From: a virus
Taxonomy: Duplodnaviria; Caudoviricetes
DNA: 64,000 bases
Reading direction: 5' to 3' (one strand)
Virus record (IMG/VR): IMGVR_UViG_3300042356_001602
In this document: in pieces, positions 17,999-28,600 of the stretch
Numbering within the stretch: position 1 is the stretch's first letter
Layout of the letters: each line of letters begins with the position of its first letter
Notes under the pieces: generated by a model
Databases searched by the model: none
What the model was told of the DNA's origin: nothing
Seen by the model: only the letters and a program-made list of their open reading frames with translations
Position numbers and translations under genes: made by a program

Positions 17999-19607
17999 AT
18001 GTTACTAGTAAGTCCAGGAACAGTAGTAGAGATTCCATTCGTGTACAGATCTGGGTATACCTACGTCGATCCAGATGTCAGTATAACAGTTCTTTTAAAG
18101 AGACGGATTTAATAGTGCAGGCCCGGTTATATCTGGTCCATATGTTTGGACTCCAGACTCAGGCAATTGGGCAACCTACCCTGGTTATATAGCAGATTTT
18201 AGCGATCCAAATATAACCACTGTTGGCCTTAAAAGGGAGTCGCAAGGTTCTTTTATTGTTAAGCTAAAGATGCCAGAAAATCTTTTTGATGGAATGTACA
18301 CAGTTCAAATAAATGCTGTGATAGATGGATTATTGGTATCAAAAGAAATAAATTTGCAATCATCTGATGGATACCAGTCGTATGAAGATTCTTTTGATTT
18401 AGGTTCAAAATCTATAAAAATAGGTAATAGATCTCTGTATCAAAATATTGGAGATTCAACAACTCAGAATATAATACTAATAGGCCACACAGATGCCATG
18501 GAGCCTTACGGAGTAGTAAAATTAAAATCTATTCAAGATGGAATAAATATACTAAGAGGTGACACAAAGTCTCCATTACTCAGGGGAATGTTTGATGCTT
18601 ACGCGTGCGGGGCCAGAGATATATATATAATGTCCTGCGGGTACATGAGTGAATATGTAGAAGAAGTCAGTGATAGAAATATAGAAATATTTTTTGACAA
18701 CAATTCAACACCAAATCAATATTCTTTTTACGATCTATATTATTTAAGACTGAATGAATGTTATACATTGTTGAGAGATTATGAATTTTTAAACATAATA
18801 GTTCCACTAGAAACTTCAATAATTAATACTGGACTTAATAATTTTGTTGAGCAACTTGCAACCCACTGTGAATTTATGCAAACTGAAACAGGCGAAGTGC
18901 AGTTTGGAATAATAGGATCTAAAAATAATGGATTATCAGTATCAGACATTGACCTATTGGAAGAAAAAGATTTTAATTTAGATCCAGTTATAACCGCTGA
19001 AGGTTATGTTATTTCTGATAAGGGTAGACATGTAATCTTGATTTATGGTGAAATAATTCTAAGCCATAAACAACTACAGGTAAGTTATTCTAGTTCAACC
19101 GCTGCTGCAGTAGCTGGAATGATATCATCTACTAGAATTGATAGAGGGTTAACTAAAGCTAGAATACCAGCGGCTTTTTCAATTTATGGAGCAGATTTAA
19201 ACGCCGCACAAGTAAAAAGACTTCAAGACATAGGAATTAACACTATAGTTAGAGGGCAAAGATCTAGGAGAGCAGCAATCTTTGATATATCATTAAGTAG
19301 CGATTACACTAAATCTATCAGTGAGTCATACAAGGATTGCAGTAATGTTAGATTAGTTTCTTTAGTTATTAGAGAAATTCAATCTTTAGGAAATCTTGCT
19401 GTTGGAAAATTTGGATACGAAAAAGTTATATCCTATGTAGAAGAATTTTTATCAGCATTACAAAGTTCTAAAGTGATAGTAGATTACTCAATGAACGCAT
19501 CCGTAAATAAACCAGATAAGGGTACTCTTTATTTTAATATATCGATTACATCTTCTAGAACTTTAAGACAGATTTCTTTTAATGTTGCTACAGGGAAGGG
19601 CGCATAA
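17999..19607 (+). CDS. Tail-sheath-like protein with N-terminal Ig-like extension, 535 aa, requires +1 frameshift at 18104
   Basis: ATG17999 follows TAA17995 and reads MLLVSPGTVVEIPFVYRSGYTYVDPDVSITVLLKR-CGG-ATT-TAA. The +1 frame GGA18105 (GFNSAGPVISGPYVW...) is open into ORF 18270-19607, whose C-terminus (L.D.GINTIV...Y....NVRL...+...+....+G...+....L+.L.....+.DY) is sheath-like. Confidence 0.75.
18104..18107 (+). other. CGGA +1 frameshift site 2
   Basis: AAG AGA CGG A; allowed window is only 18099-18112 (TAA18096 in +1 frame, TAA18110 in frame 0). Confidence 0.75.
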
Positions 19608-20344
19608 TGACACAGAATGCTATAGGATTCCCATCAGGAAATAGAAACGATGTTAGTTTTGATAGAACATTTGGAGAGCCACTTCAGGCAAGTGGAAATC
19701 TTAGTTACTTAGAATTTATAGCAGTAGTTAAATCTTTGTGGGAAAACGCTTATCCAGATATTAAAATAAAACCAACACAAAGCGGAACGTATGCTGACTA
19801 TCCGGTAATAGTATATGGATTGGAATTAAGAAAAGCTCACACCAGTGAGCCAAAGCCAAGAACTAGAACTACACAAACAAATAAAGATGTAGTTGTCTTT
19901 GGTCAAAGGTTCCAAAACATAGTTAGCTTTACTGTTATTACAGAAGCAAGTGCAGGAGCAGCACAGGGGTCTGCAGCAAGATATTCTGGTCCAGAGGTAG
20001 CGGACAATATTATAGAAATATTTGAAGACTTTATGTTAGAACATACTCCTGTATTTAAAAGGTTAGGAGCTTCAGAATTCGTCTACTCAAGAAGGCTTTC
20101 CGACTCTGAAGAAAATAGAGACAGTACTGACACTAATAAAAGAACTGTTACCTATATGTTGACGACTGAAAAACTGTTTGCTCAAAATGTTAACCAAATT
20201 GAGAATATCGTTTTAGACGTTAGAAGATACATGGCCTATGAGAAGTCTATATGGGACACCGCCGAAGCGCAGGCTACTCCTAATTTCACTGGAACAGAGC
20301 TAAACATAATAGACTTATATCAAAGTTCTACCCCCAACACTTAA
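19607..20344 (+). CDS. Putative tail terminator / tail completion protein
   Basis: Immediately upstream of the sheath; 'YPVIVY.L..R', 'FGQRFQNIVSFTV', 'FEDFMLE' alpha/beta pattern. Confidence 0.5.
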   Translation: MTQNAIGFPSGNRNDVSFDRTFGEPLQASGNLSYLEFIAVVKSLWENAYPDIKIKPTQSGTYADYPVIVYGLELRKAHTSEPKPRTRTTQTNKDVVVFGQRFQNIVSFTVITEASAGAAQGSAARYSGPEVADNIIEIFEDFMLEHTPVFKRLGASEFVYSRRLSDSEENRDSTDTNKRTVTYMLTTEKLFAQNVNQIENIVLDVRRYMAYEKSIWDTAEAQATPNFTGTELNIIDLYQSSTPNT

Positions 20345-20427
20345 TGTAGTTTGTTTTTATATCTTACCTATTACTATATTGTCTGAAGTAATATATTTAT
20401 CTGCCCTAATCGGAGGTCTAAAGTCTA

Positions 20428-21699
20428 ATGGCTCTACCAGGTGTAAAAACAGTAATTAAAGATCGCTTTTATAGCATCTCAAGACAGGATATTCCTGTCG
20501 GACCAAAAATTTGTCTCATTGCTCGCAGATCTACTGCTGACAATTTTGGCAATGTAAGGGACTTAGACGTTGTTCAGGCAACAACGGAACAAGACGTCAT
20601 AACTGCGTTTGGAGAAAATTCAGACGCACACAGAGGCTATTTCGAGCTTGTAGCAGGAGGTGCTGAAAGAGTTTTCATCGTACCACTTCCTAGCGATACA
20701 GCATGGAACTACACCACCGGTGCAGTTACCAGTGCGTCCTTTGGTGGAAGCGTTTTTGATGCTTGTTTCGAAGCAGCAGAAGCAGTTCAGCCAGACATCA
20801 TCATACCTTGGGGTAGAGGTGGACACCCATATGACTACGATCAAGAGGGTGCTACTCCTAATGCTGGCACAACGGGACCAGCTTTTGGTTTTTATGCAGA
20901 CAGTGCTGCAGGCGCAAATAGCCTTGTTGCCAAAGTTGGCGCAAAGGTAAAAGACATTGCAGAGAATTCTTTTCCATGCTTTGCAGTTATGGGAATTAAG
21001 CCTTACATAGGTGGCGTATCAGAAATTATGACACCAGGTGAAGTATCAACTCACATTGGTAGCGCAGGACTAACCACTCTCGTTTCAAGAGACGATGCAA
21101 CCTTTTCTGCTGGTTCAGCTAACGATGGCGTTAACAGATATGTAGTAGTTATAGCTTCAGAGCTTAAGCCAGTAAACTATGTAGCTGAATGGGGTTTCGC
21201 CAATGGTGCAACAACTTTTGCTGCTGCAATTAGCAGAATGGCTTCTTTTAGCTCACCAGTTAATAAGATAGCTTACAACGTTGCATCTATCAGATATAAT
21301 CCAACTAGAACACAGCAAATAACAATGTCAGACAAGGGCGTTAACTTTATCGCTCTTAACTTTAACAAAGTGCCAGTCTTCATTGAAGGTAGCACATTCG
21401 CTATGTCAACATCGGATTATACAAGAATTTCTACATATAGAATCATCTCAGAAGCAGCCACTTTAATAAGACAAGTGTGCCAGAAGTTTATTGGTGAAGC
21501 ATCAACCCTTCAGACAAGAAACTCTATGGAAACGGCTATCACTTCTGCACTAAGAGGGATGCAACAAATGGGTGCCTTGTTGGACAGTGACTTCAGCGTA
21601 AGTTACTTGCCAGCACAAAATAAGGCGTTTGTTGACCTCGTATTAACACCAGCATTTGAACTCAAGAACATTGAAGTTCAAGTATCTATAAGCATATAA
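20428..21699 (+). CDS. Tail sheath protein
   Basis: MALPGVKTVIKD N-terminus; C-terminal 'DY.RIST.RI...A...IRQVCQKFIGE...R.SMETAI...L..M...GAL.D....V...A..D+..TPAFELK.I.V'. Confidence 0.85.
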   Translation: MALPGVKTVIKDRFYSISRQDIPVGPKICLIARRSTADNFGNVRDLDVVQATTEQDVITAFGENSDAHRGYFELVAGGAERVFIVPLPSDTAWNYTTGAVTSASFGGSVFDACFEAAEAVQPDIIIPWGRGGHPYDYDQEGATPNAGTTGPAFGFYADSAAGANSLVAKVGAKVKDIAENSFPCFAVMGIKPYIGGVSEIMTPGEVSTHIGSAGLTTLVSRDDATFSAGSANDGVNRYVVVIASELKPVNYVAEWGFANGATTFAAAISRMASFSSPVNKIAYNVASIRYNPTRTQQITMSDKGVNFIALNFNKVPVFIEGSTFAMSTSDYTRISTYRIISEAATLIRQVCQKFIGEASTLQTRNSMETAITSALRGMQQMGALLDSDFSVSYLPAQNKAFVDLVLTPAFELKNIEVQVSISI

Positions 21700-21726
21700 C
21701 ATAATACCGATTTGGAGGGTATATAA

Positions 21727-22431
21727 ATGGCAGAATATGAAGGTCCAGTAGCTAAGTATCTTAATACTTATACTACATTTTCCGGAGCAGATATCGTAGC
21801 TACTTTTGGTGGCATTGAAATCGGAGCTCTATCTGGAATCACTTTCTCAGTTACGAGAGAAAAAGCACCAATTTACACAATGGGTTCACCAAACCCACGT
21901 TCCTTCTCAAGAGGAAAAAGAGGTATCGCAGGCTCTTTGATCTTCACCGTATTTGACAGACCAGCTCTGTACCAAATGCTTGAAGCTAATTATCAGACAG
22001 ACGGCGGAGGGGCACAATTCTTCACCAGAAAGAGCAATACCCTTCCAGGTGATGCAGGACACAAGAGAGGTATAGCAGAGTTTGACAAGCAGTCACTCGA
22101 CGTAGTCAGTCAGATTCCTTACTATGCTGACCAGATTCCTCCATTCGATATTACAATTACCTTTGCCAACGAATATGGCCAAGGTGCAGTAAGATCAATC
22201 TTTGGTGTTGAACTTCTAAACGAAGGTTCTGGAGCTTCTATGGACGACATTGTTATCGAAGAAACGATGACTTATGTAGCCCGTGAAATTGGACCTATGT
22301 ACAAGATTTCAAACTCACAACTTACTGGCGGTCTCTTTAATGGTGAAAACAGCCTCAAAAATATTATTAATGAAGATGTACCAGGAACAGCTGGTCTCAA
22401 CAAAAACGGCGTTAAGATCATTAGACCTTAA
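21727..22431 (+). CDS. Tail tube protein
   Basis: Follows the sheath; TFSGADIVATF...L.GITFSVTREKAPIY.MG..NPR.F.RGKR.IAGSLIF; followed by a terminator. Confidence 0.8.
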   Translation: MAEYEGPVAKYLNTYTTFSGADIVATFGGIEIGALSGITFSVTREKAPIYTMGSPNPRSFSRGKRGIAGSLIFTVFDRPALYQMLEANYQTDGGGAQFFTRKSNTLPGDAGHKRGIAEFDKQSLDVVSQIPYYADQIPPFDITITFANEYGQGAVRSIFGVELLNEGSGASMDDIVIEETMTYVAREIGPMYKISNSQLTGGLFNGENSLKNIINEDVPGTAGLNKNGVKIIRP

Positions 22432-22453
22432 TAGTTTCAAAAACTAATTATAT

Positions 22454-22493
22454 ATATGGGGACTGGATTAAACTCTGGTCCCCATATTTATTT
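22454..22493 (+). terminator. Rho-independent terminator after the tube gene
   Basis: ATATGGGGAC-TGGA ttaaac TCTG-GTCCCCATAT: 10-bp perfect stem extended by wobble pairs, then TTATTT. Confidence 0.8.
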
Positions 22494-22508
22494 ATAAAGG
22501 AATAATCA

Positions 22509-23225
22509 ATGACTGGTGTATGGAAATACGATCAACAATCCATAAGTAAACATAGACAGGAACAAGGTCTTCCAGACCCATTTTCAAATATGTCTTTTGC
22601 TGGAACAGATATATCAGCAGCGATGGTGATTCCAGCTATAAATAGAGAAACTGGAACAATAGAAGGTACTGATATTCTGGAGCTGGGAGAGCTACAAACA
22701 ATATCATACTCAATTCATAGAGAAAACTCTCCAGTAAGAACTATAGGCCATGTTAATCCAAGAGGATTTGTAAAAGGTGGCAGAACTATAGCTGGTTCTT
22801 TAATCTTCACCGTGTTCAACGAGTATGCCTTTTATAGAATTAAAGAGTTTCGTCAGATGATGGGTGAAACTGGACTTTTTTTTGCTCCACTAGCTGACAT
22901 GCTTCCTCCATTTGATGTGGTATTATCATTCTTCAACGAATATGGTTTAGCAGCTAAAATGAAGATATATGGCATTACTATAGTAGACGAAGGTCAGACA
23001 ATGTCTGTCGACGACCTTATAACAGAGCAAACATACACATATATGGCTAGAGGTATTCAGCCCTTAATGAGCGTAGAGAATGATCCATTGCTGCTACCAA
23101 ACGATCAAAGAGACCTCTATCAACAAAGACAAGAGAACTTTTTTGGTGCAGCAAATCTCAAATCTTACACTCAGTTAATTGAAAGAATTGTTCCACCAGG
23201 TGGACCTTCTGCAAATTCTAGATAA
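22509..23225 (+). CDS. Tail-tube-like paralog 2
   Basis: SFAGTDISA...LQTISYSIHRENSPVRTIGHVNPRGFVKGGRTIAGSLIFTVF...D.LPPFD+.+.F.NEYG aligns with 21727-22431. Confidence 0.75.
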   Translation: MTGVWKYDQQSISKHRQEQGLPDPFSNMSFAGTDISAAMVIPAINRETGTIEGTDILELGELQTISYSIHRENSPVRTIGHVNPRGFVKGGRTIAGSLIFTVFNEYAFYRIKEFRQMMGETGLFFAPLADMLPPFDVVLSFFNEYGLAAKMKIYGITIVDEGQTMSVDDLITEQTYTYMARGIQPLMSVENDPLLLPNDQRDLYQQRQENFFGAANLKSYTQLIERIVPPGGPSANSR

Positions 23226-23236
23226 AGGAAATTAAA

Positions 23237-24424
23237 TTGATTGGTGACGCTACATCCGGTGGAGCTTCTGACTATGAACTAAGAGTAGGGCAAAGGCCCT
23301 ATAGACCTTTTAGTACATATCTGCCAGCAGACTTGCAAGAAAAGTTGCATGGAAAAGGCGGAAGCCTTCCTCCAACTACAATTAGAACTGGACCATCCTA
23401 TGATCCATTAAGTGCAAACATAGACACTCAATGGGCTGGTAAATCAACCGATGGGCAAAAGTTTAATAGCTATTATGATTATTACTTCAGTGGCGAAGAT
23501 GTAAAAGTGTACATAGATGGGTTATTTGATCCAGAACATGAACTTGATATTGCATCTTTTTCTTTTGTTATTAAGCAAGAAAAACAACCTCTATACGGTT
23601 TTTGGTCTTACAACTACGATGCCATGATGGTAGGCACTAGATTAATTTCTGGAGAGATGGTTGTATACACCAGATATCCAGGAAGAATGAGAGACCTTCT
23701 TACCTCTGCAGCAGAACAAAGAGTCTTGTTTAACAGCGACAAACCGGGAGCATCTAGAATCCAATCTTATCTAACTGGAAATAATGAGCAATCTTTAGAC
23801 GATGAAAAGAATCTTCAAAGGTATTGGAAAAGATCAAATTTAGATAGACTTACGGCAGATAATGATAAAACTGACAATAGAAACATATTTAGTTCTCATC
23901 CACCTTTTAACTTTATAGTTAAATACGGAACACAAGAAGGCTCAGTCAGTACAGTGGGTAGAAATTTAGGAACTGATTCTGGCGATAATCTTGAGACACT
24001 AGATAGGTTGATGGCTACTGATTACAATGAAAGATTAGTAAAGTCATCTAAAGCGAACACTGGAATGGATATAGTTCTACAGGACGTTCACCTAACAAGT
24101 ATGGGTACATCAATTGCACCTGGCGGTCAAGTGATGATTGAGAGTTATCAATTTATATCTAGAGATATGTACATTTCAAATGGCAACATTAGAAATACTC
24201 AGAAGTCTGTACTTTCAACCGTTGATTCTACAGGAGTTCAACAGACTCCAACAAACAAAATCCAACCACCGTTAATACCTGGAAAAATCAAACAATTAAA
24301 AGATCTTCTTGAAGAGTCAATAAATGATGGCGGTGGCTTAGATTCTTTTAATGGCAGTGGTGGAGGTTTTTCTGGTGGAGGTGGCGGAGACTTCTCCGGC
24401 GGAGGAGCTGGCGGATCTTTCTAA
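23237..24424 (+). CDS. Tail-tube-like paralog 3 (possible tube initiator) with Gly-rich tail
   Basis: YFSGEDVKVYID...FSF.IKQEKQPLYGF...GTRLISG.+ and HPPFN+.+.YG match the tube motifs; ends GGGFSGGGGGDFSGGGAGGSF. Confidence 0.65.
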   Translation: MIGDATSGGASDYELRVGQRPYRPFSTYLPADLQEKLHGKGGSLPPTTIRTGPSYDPLSANIDTQWAGKSTDGQKFNSYYDYYFSGEDVKVYIDGLFDPEHELDIASFSFVIKQEKQPLYGFWSYNYDAMMVGTRLISGEMVVYTRYPGRMRDLLTSAAEQRVLFNSDKPGASRIQSYLTGNNEQSLDDEKNLQRYWKRSNLDRLTADNDKTDNRNIFSSHPPFNFIVKYGTQEGSVSTVGRNLGTDSGDNLETLDRLMATDYNERLVKSSKANTGMDIVLQDVHLTSMGTSIAPGGQVMIESYQFISRDMYISNGNIRNTQKSVLSTVDSTGVQQTPTNKIQPPLIPGKIKQLKDLLEESINDGGGLDSFNGSGGGFSGGGGGDFSGGGAGGSF

Positions 24425-24458
24425 ATATCTAATAAACTAGGTTGATGTATAATTTTTA

Positions 24459-24467
24459 TGTTATAAT
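24459..24467 (+). promoter_or_regulatory. Extended -10 promoter upstream of the tail chaperone genes
   Basis: TG-T-TATAAT (a second TATAAT at 24448-24453); AGGAG RBS before ATG24507. Confidence 0.55.
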
Positions 24468-24506
24468 GTAGATAGAAAAATCTTTAATTTAAATTAGGAG
24501 AGAAAA

Positions 24507-25040
24507 ATGGCCGAAGGCAGAAAAGTAATCGTGAAAAATTCTGAAGAACTTGCAAAAGAAAACGGTGCTGACGAAGCGTACACTGCAGAAGAAGTAACAG
24601 GAAGTGAAGAAGAACTTACTGAGATGCAGGCAGCTGCAGATTTTGTTAACGAAAACCCAACTACGGTAGAAGATCTTGCTGATGATGAATTAATCTGGCC
24701 AGATGGACCAAATGCTGGCCAAATCAAAATGTGGAAAAAAGAATATGGAGATGTTTATGTAACCTCTATTACCTTTGATAAGCACATTGCTTGGAGAACT
24801 CTTTCTAGACTAGAATACAAGAGCCTGGTAAGAAAGATGGAGCAGCTAATGGAGGCAGGACAACTTTCTTCTGGAGAAGCAAATCTTTGGAACGAAGAAG
24901 CTATTGCAGAGGTCTGCATACTCTTCCCACAGTACGATAGACAATCCATAACTGCAGACCTTGCTGGATTGCCATCATTGATCGCTCAAGAGGTGCTAGA
25001 GGCATCTGGATTCGTAGCCCTAGAGGTTCGACAGCTTTAA
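24507..25040 (+). CDS. Putative tail assembly chaperone 1
   Basis: Acidic, between tube and tape-measure genes; WKKEYGDVY...+.WR.L.R.EY...++P...AG+PSL+A.E+LEASGF. Confidence 0.65.
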   Translation: MAEGRKVIVKNSEELAKENGADEAYTAEEVTGSEEELTEMQAAADFVNENPTTVEDLADDELIWPDGPNAGQIKMWKKEYGDVYVTSITFDKHIAWRTLSRLEYKSLVRKMEQLMEAGQLSSGEANLWNEEAIAEVCILFPQYDRQSITADLAGLPSLIAQEVLEASGFVALEVRQL

Positions 25041-25043
25041 CAA

Positions 25044-25673
25044 ATGTTAGACTCAGATCTATTATACGAATTAAAAAAACAGCATGGTTCTTTATTCCAA
25101 ACTTCAATCAAGAACCAAGTAGTTGTTTTTAGAGAGCTAAAGTTTTCTGAGTTTGATAGAATAGCTGAACATCAACTATCTGGCGATTATACAAATTTAG
25201 ATATAGAAGATTTTATAATAAAAAGTGCTGTAGTCTATCCACTAGAGTTTGATACAGACAGACTCCCAACTGGAATGATCTCTTCTTTAGCTGATGAGAT
25301 CTTGCAAGAATCTGGCTTTTCTTCGGCTAAAAAAGCTAAAAATGTTTTAGAATCAAAAAGGCAACAAGCTTCTGAGGTAAGAAGCTTAATGAAAGCTTTT
25401 GTTTTGGCTACTATATCTACATACTCTGCTGAAGATTTAGATGATATGACTTATACAAAGTTGGCAGAAAACGTAGCTTTATCTGAAAAAATAATAGAAA
25501 TTAAACAAAATATTCTTGGGATACAACCAACAAATGTAACCATCCAATTGGTAGACCCTGAAGAAGAAGCAGAAAAAGAACAAGACTTCGCTAATAGATT
25601 TAATCAATCTAGAGGTGCTGGAGAAGCAGCCTATCAAGACCCAGTTGCTCAAAAGTTGTGGGGAATGCAATAA
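25044..25673 (+). CDS. Putative tail assembly chaperone 2 (paralog of 24507-25040)
   Basis: LKKQHG.+F...+.FR.L...E+...+.YP...G+.SSLA.EIL..SGF aligns with the previous gene. Confidence 0.6.
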   Translation: MLDSDLLYELKKQHGSLFQTSIKNQVVVFRELKFSEFDRIAEHQLSGDYTNLDIEDFIIKSAVVYPLEFDTDRLPTGMISSLADEILQESGFSSAKKAKNVLESKRQQASEVRSLMKAFVLATISTYSAEDLDDMTYTKLAENVALSEKIIEIKQNILGIQPTNVTIQLVDPEEEAEKEQDFANRFNQSRGAGEAAYQDPVAQKLWGMQ

Positions 25674-25690
25674 GAAAGGATCACTAAATC

Positions 25691-28600
25691 ATGATAAGAA
25701 ATCGTGGTCCTATATCTACACTGGGGTACAACCTTACTTCTAGGGATCTCCCAGTTGACGAAGGGGAAACAGAAGGCCCAAGTCCTAACTCTGGAGCCAT
25801 AGCAAAAGCGCTTAACGGTCATCCCGTTATGCGCTTTTTTGCATCTGCTGCAACTGCATTAGTCGCCACTCACGTATCATCTAAGTTTGTTTCAGCTGGT
25901 GGAATAAAACTTGCCACAAAAATACAAAGAGCATCTGATTCAGGTGGTCAATATGCTGGAGCAGCTACTAGATTTATCGAAAGTGCTAGTAAGATAAAGA
26001 AAGCTTTAGATGAGCTAGAAGGTGTACATAGGAGTATTGATGGTGTTGATCCATCAGATGTTTATTCTAAATTAGTTTTTGAATCTGGTGGACAAAGACT
26101 AAAGCAAAATTTAGATAGAGTAACGGGTGGAAGGTTCTTATTAGAAGCTGGTTCTTATCTCAAGACTTCTGAAATTAGAGCTGCTGGAAGAGGCATAACT
26201 CATGAGCCACCAGCAGTATGGACTCTTAAAGACGATATACAACAACTCTTAACGAGGAGAGCTAGAAATCTAGCTAGTGAATTGCCTGCAATGTATGTTG
26301 CTCAAAGAGTCGTTACGGAGCCATTGTATGGTGGTGGCGACAGAAGAGATAGAGGCAAATGGTATAACCCAGTAGACGTTATATCAGACTTTGCTAGACA
26401 ATCAACCATAAATATAGCAAGCATGTTGACCCCACTGGAGCTTGGTGGGGCAGGACTTTCTAGGGCTAAGTTCCTTGCATCAGCCCCTTATTCTAAGAAT
26501 CCAAATTTAGTTTTAACTGCCAGGCAGACTAAGTTATCTGAATCATTCCTAGACATCAAGACCATCTTAGGTAGCTTTGGTCAAGATGTACAAAAGATCA
26601 CGACTGGACTAACGAGGAACTCAACAGCTCTAGGGGTTGCCTTCAGCTCTGCCGCAGACACCGTTCAGGCGTCTTCAGGAAGCTCTGTTTTTGCGTTGCA
26701 GCAAGCTAGAAGGGGTCAGCAAAAAGCAGCACAGGCAGCCTCTGATAGGGGAGCTGGTAAATTACAAGTTGCTGCGTCAAAAGTAAAAAGCTATCTATTT
26801 GGCCATGAAGTAAATAATCCTTTAGACATAGATAATAATCAAACTTTTCAAGGGGCAATAGATGCGATTCCGGCAATGAGGGGAACTACAACAGGTGCCA
26901 AGAACTTTAGAACAAGATTCAGAACTGCAAGAACAGCCTATGATGTATTAGATGGAGCTATATCTTATGATGAAGCACTTCGTAAGGTTAGTGGATCAGT
27001 AAGTGGAACTCCAGACGATGTTAGCAAGGCTCTTCTTTCTTCAACTATATTAAAAGTTAGAGACTTACACAGTAGCAAATTTACAGATTTTTCTAATTCA
27101 TTACTAGCTGGGATTGAAACCGCAGAAGGTGGATCAGGTGGCATTAGTGCCAAAGAGATGTCTAGAGACATGCAGGTCAATGAGTATAAGAAAAATCTTA
27201 GATACAATCTCATCAATAGCGGAGTCAATGAAGACACAGCAAATAGGTTAATAAGATCAGTTGACATTAGTGAAGTTCCTAGATCTTTTTCAGGTGCAAC
27301 AAATATCACCAGAAGATTAAACTTTGGTACATCGAAGCTAATTGATGATAATAATGAAAATGATTTTTTTGACCAAATAGTAAAAAGATTGACTCACACA
27401 ACTGGATACAGTGATCCGACTTTAACTAAAGATGCACTAGCTGCATCAGTAGAGTTAACTGACATTTTGTTTTCTCAAAAAGAGTTTCAACAAAGATTAA
27501 ATGCAAGAATTTCCAGCTCTTGGAGTGAATTATATGACAAGGTACACACCGAGTCAGCAAGAAGATTGGTCAAGCCTCAAAAGATAAACTATCAAGATTT
27601 TGAAGGGGACATAAGTCCAGATAAAGTTGACTATCTATCAAGATCAGTTGCCGATGTAATGGGAATAAAATTAACTGACGCAGATGGAAGAAGACTTTCC
27701 AAAAGTGTAATTGGAGATAGTTTAGCTAGACGTGGAATAAATGTTGATGACACAGGCCAGTTAAGAGCGTACCTAATAGAAAACAGGAGAATGAGTTCTC
27801 CTTTATTTAAAGATGGCTTTAATATACTTGGACTTAAACCATTATTAATAGACGAAGCATTTGATAAGGGAATATTTAATTATCTAGATACAGAACAAAA
27901 AGGCGTCATTGAGGAGATGGTTGGAAACATAGCCAGAACTGATCCTTTGTCTTCTACAATAGGTTACTCAGAAATGAAAGGCGTGTATCAAACTAGATCT
28001 GGACAAGTCTTAGATACAACTAGAATAACCGGAATGTTGTCAAGGGCTGTTGATTTTGTACGAGATCAAACACAGATACCAGTTATCAAGTTTAATCCAC
28101 TAGACATGATTGGGCAAGGTGGTGCTCAAGGTGTTGATAAAAGAAAGATGTTTCAGTATGCAGAAGGTTTTTCAAATCAACCATTTGGAGAACTGGGATC
28201 ACAAAGTCCTGATCTTTTCATATTCAGTCAAGAAAAAAGAGGATTCTTTGGACCTAAGGGAAGTATATCAGTACTATCCAGGGACTCTAATAACGACCCA
28301 GTAATAAACAAGCTATCAGGGATGTATCGTCAATTTTCTACTAGCGAAAATGACATGTTTGCTAGAGCATCAAAATCTGTTGCTCAAAGACAACTTACTT
28401 TAGCTTTACAAGCAAGAGGTCCACAAGATGACAGCTCGTTAGGATTTCTTGATAAAGTTAAGAAAAAATTTGATGTAGCAGAAGAACAACAAAACTCACT
28501 TGCTAGGTTTACTGGTAGATTTCTTAGAAGAAAAAATGATATTAAAAATCCAACAGTCTTTGCAAGACTTATGGCCAATGAAGAGATATCTACGGGAAGA

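Noticed and set aside
25000-25046. Classical lambda G/GT-type frameshift between the tail chaperone genes
   Set aside because: The two genes are in the same frame, separated by TAA CAA ATG, are paralogs, and show no XXXYYYZ slippery site.
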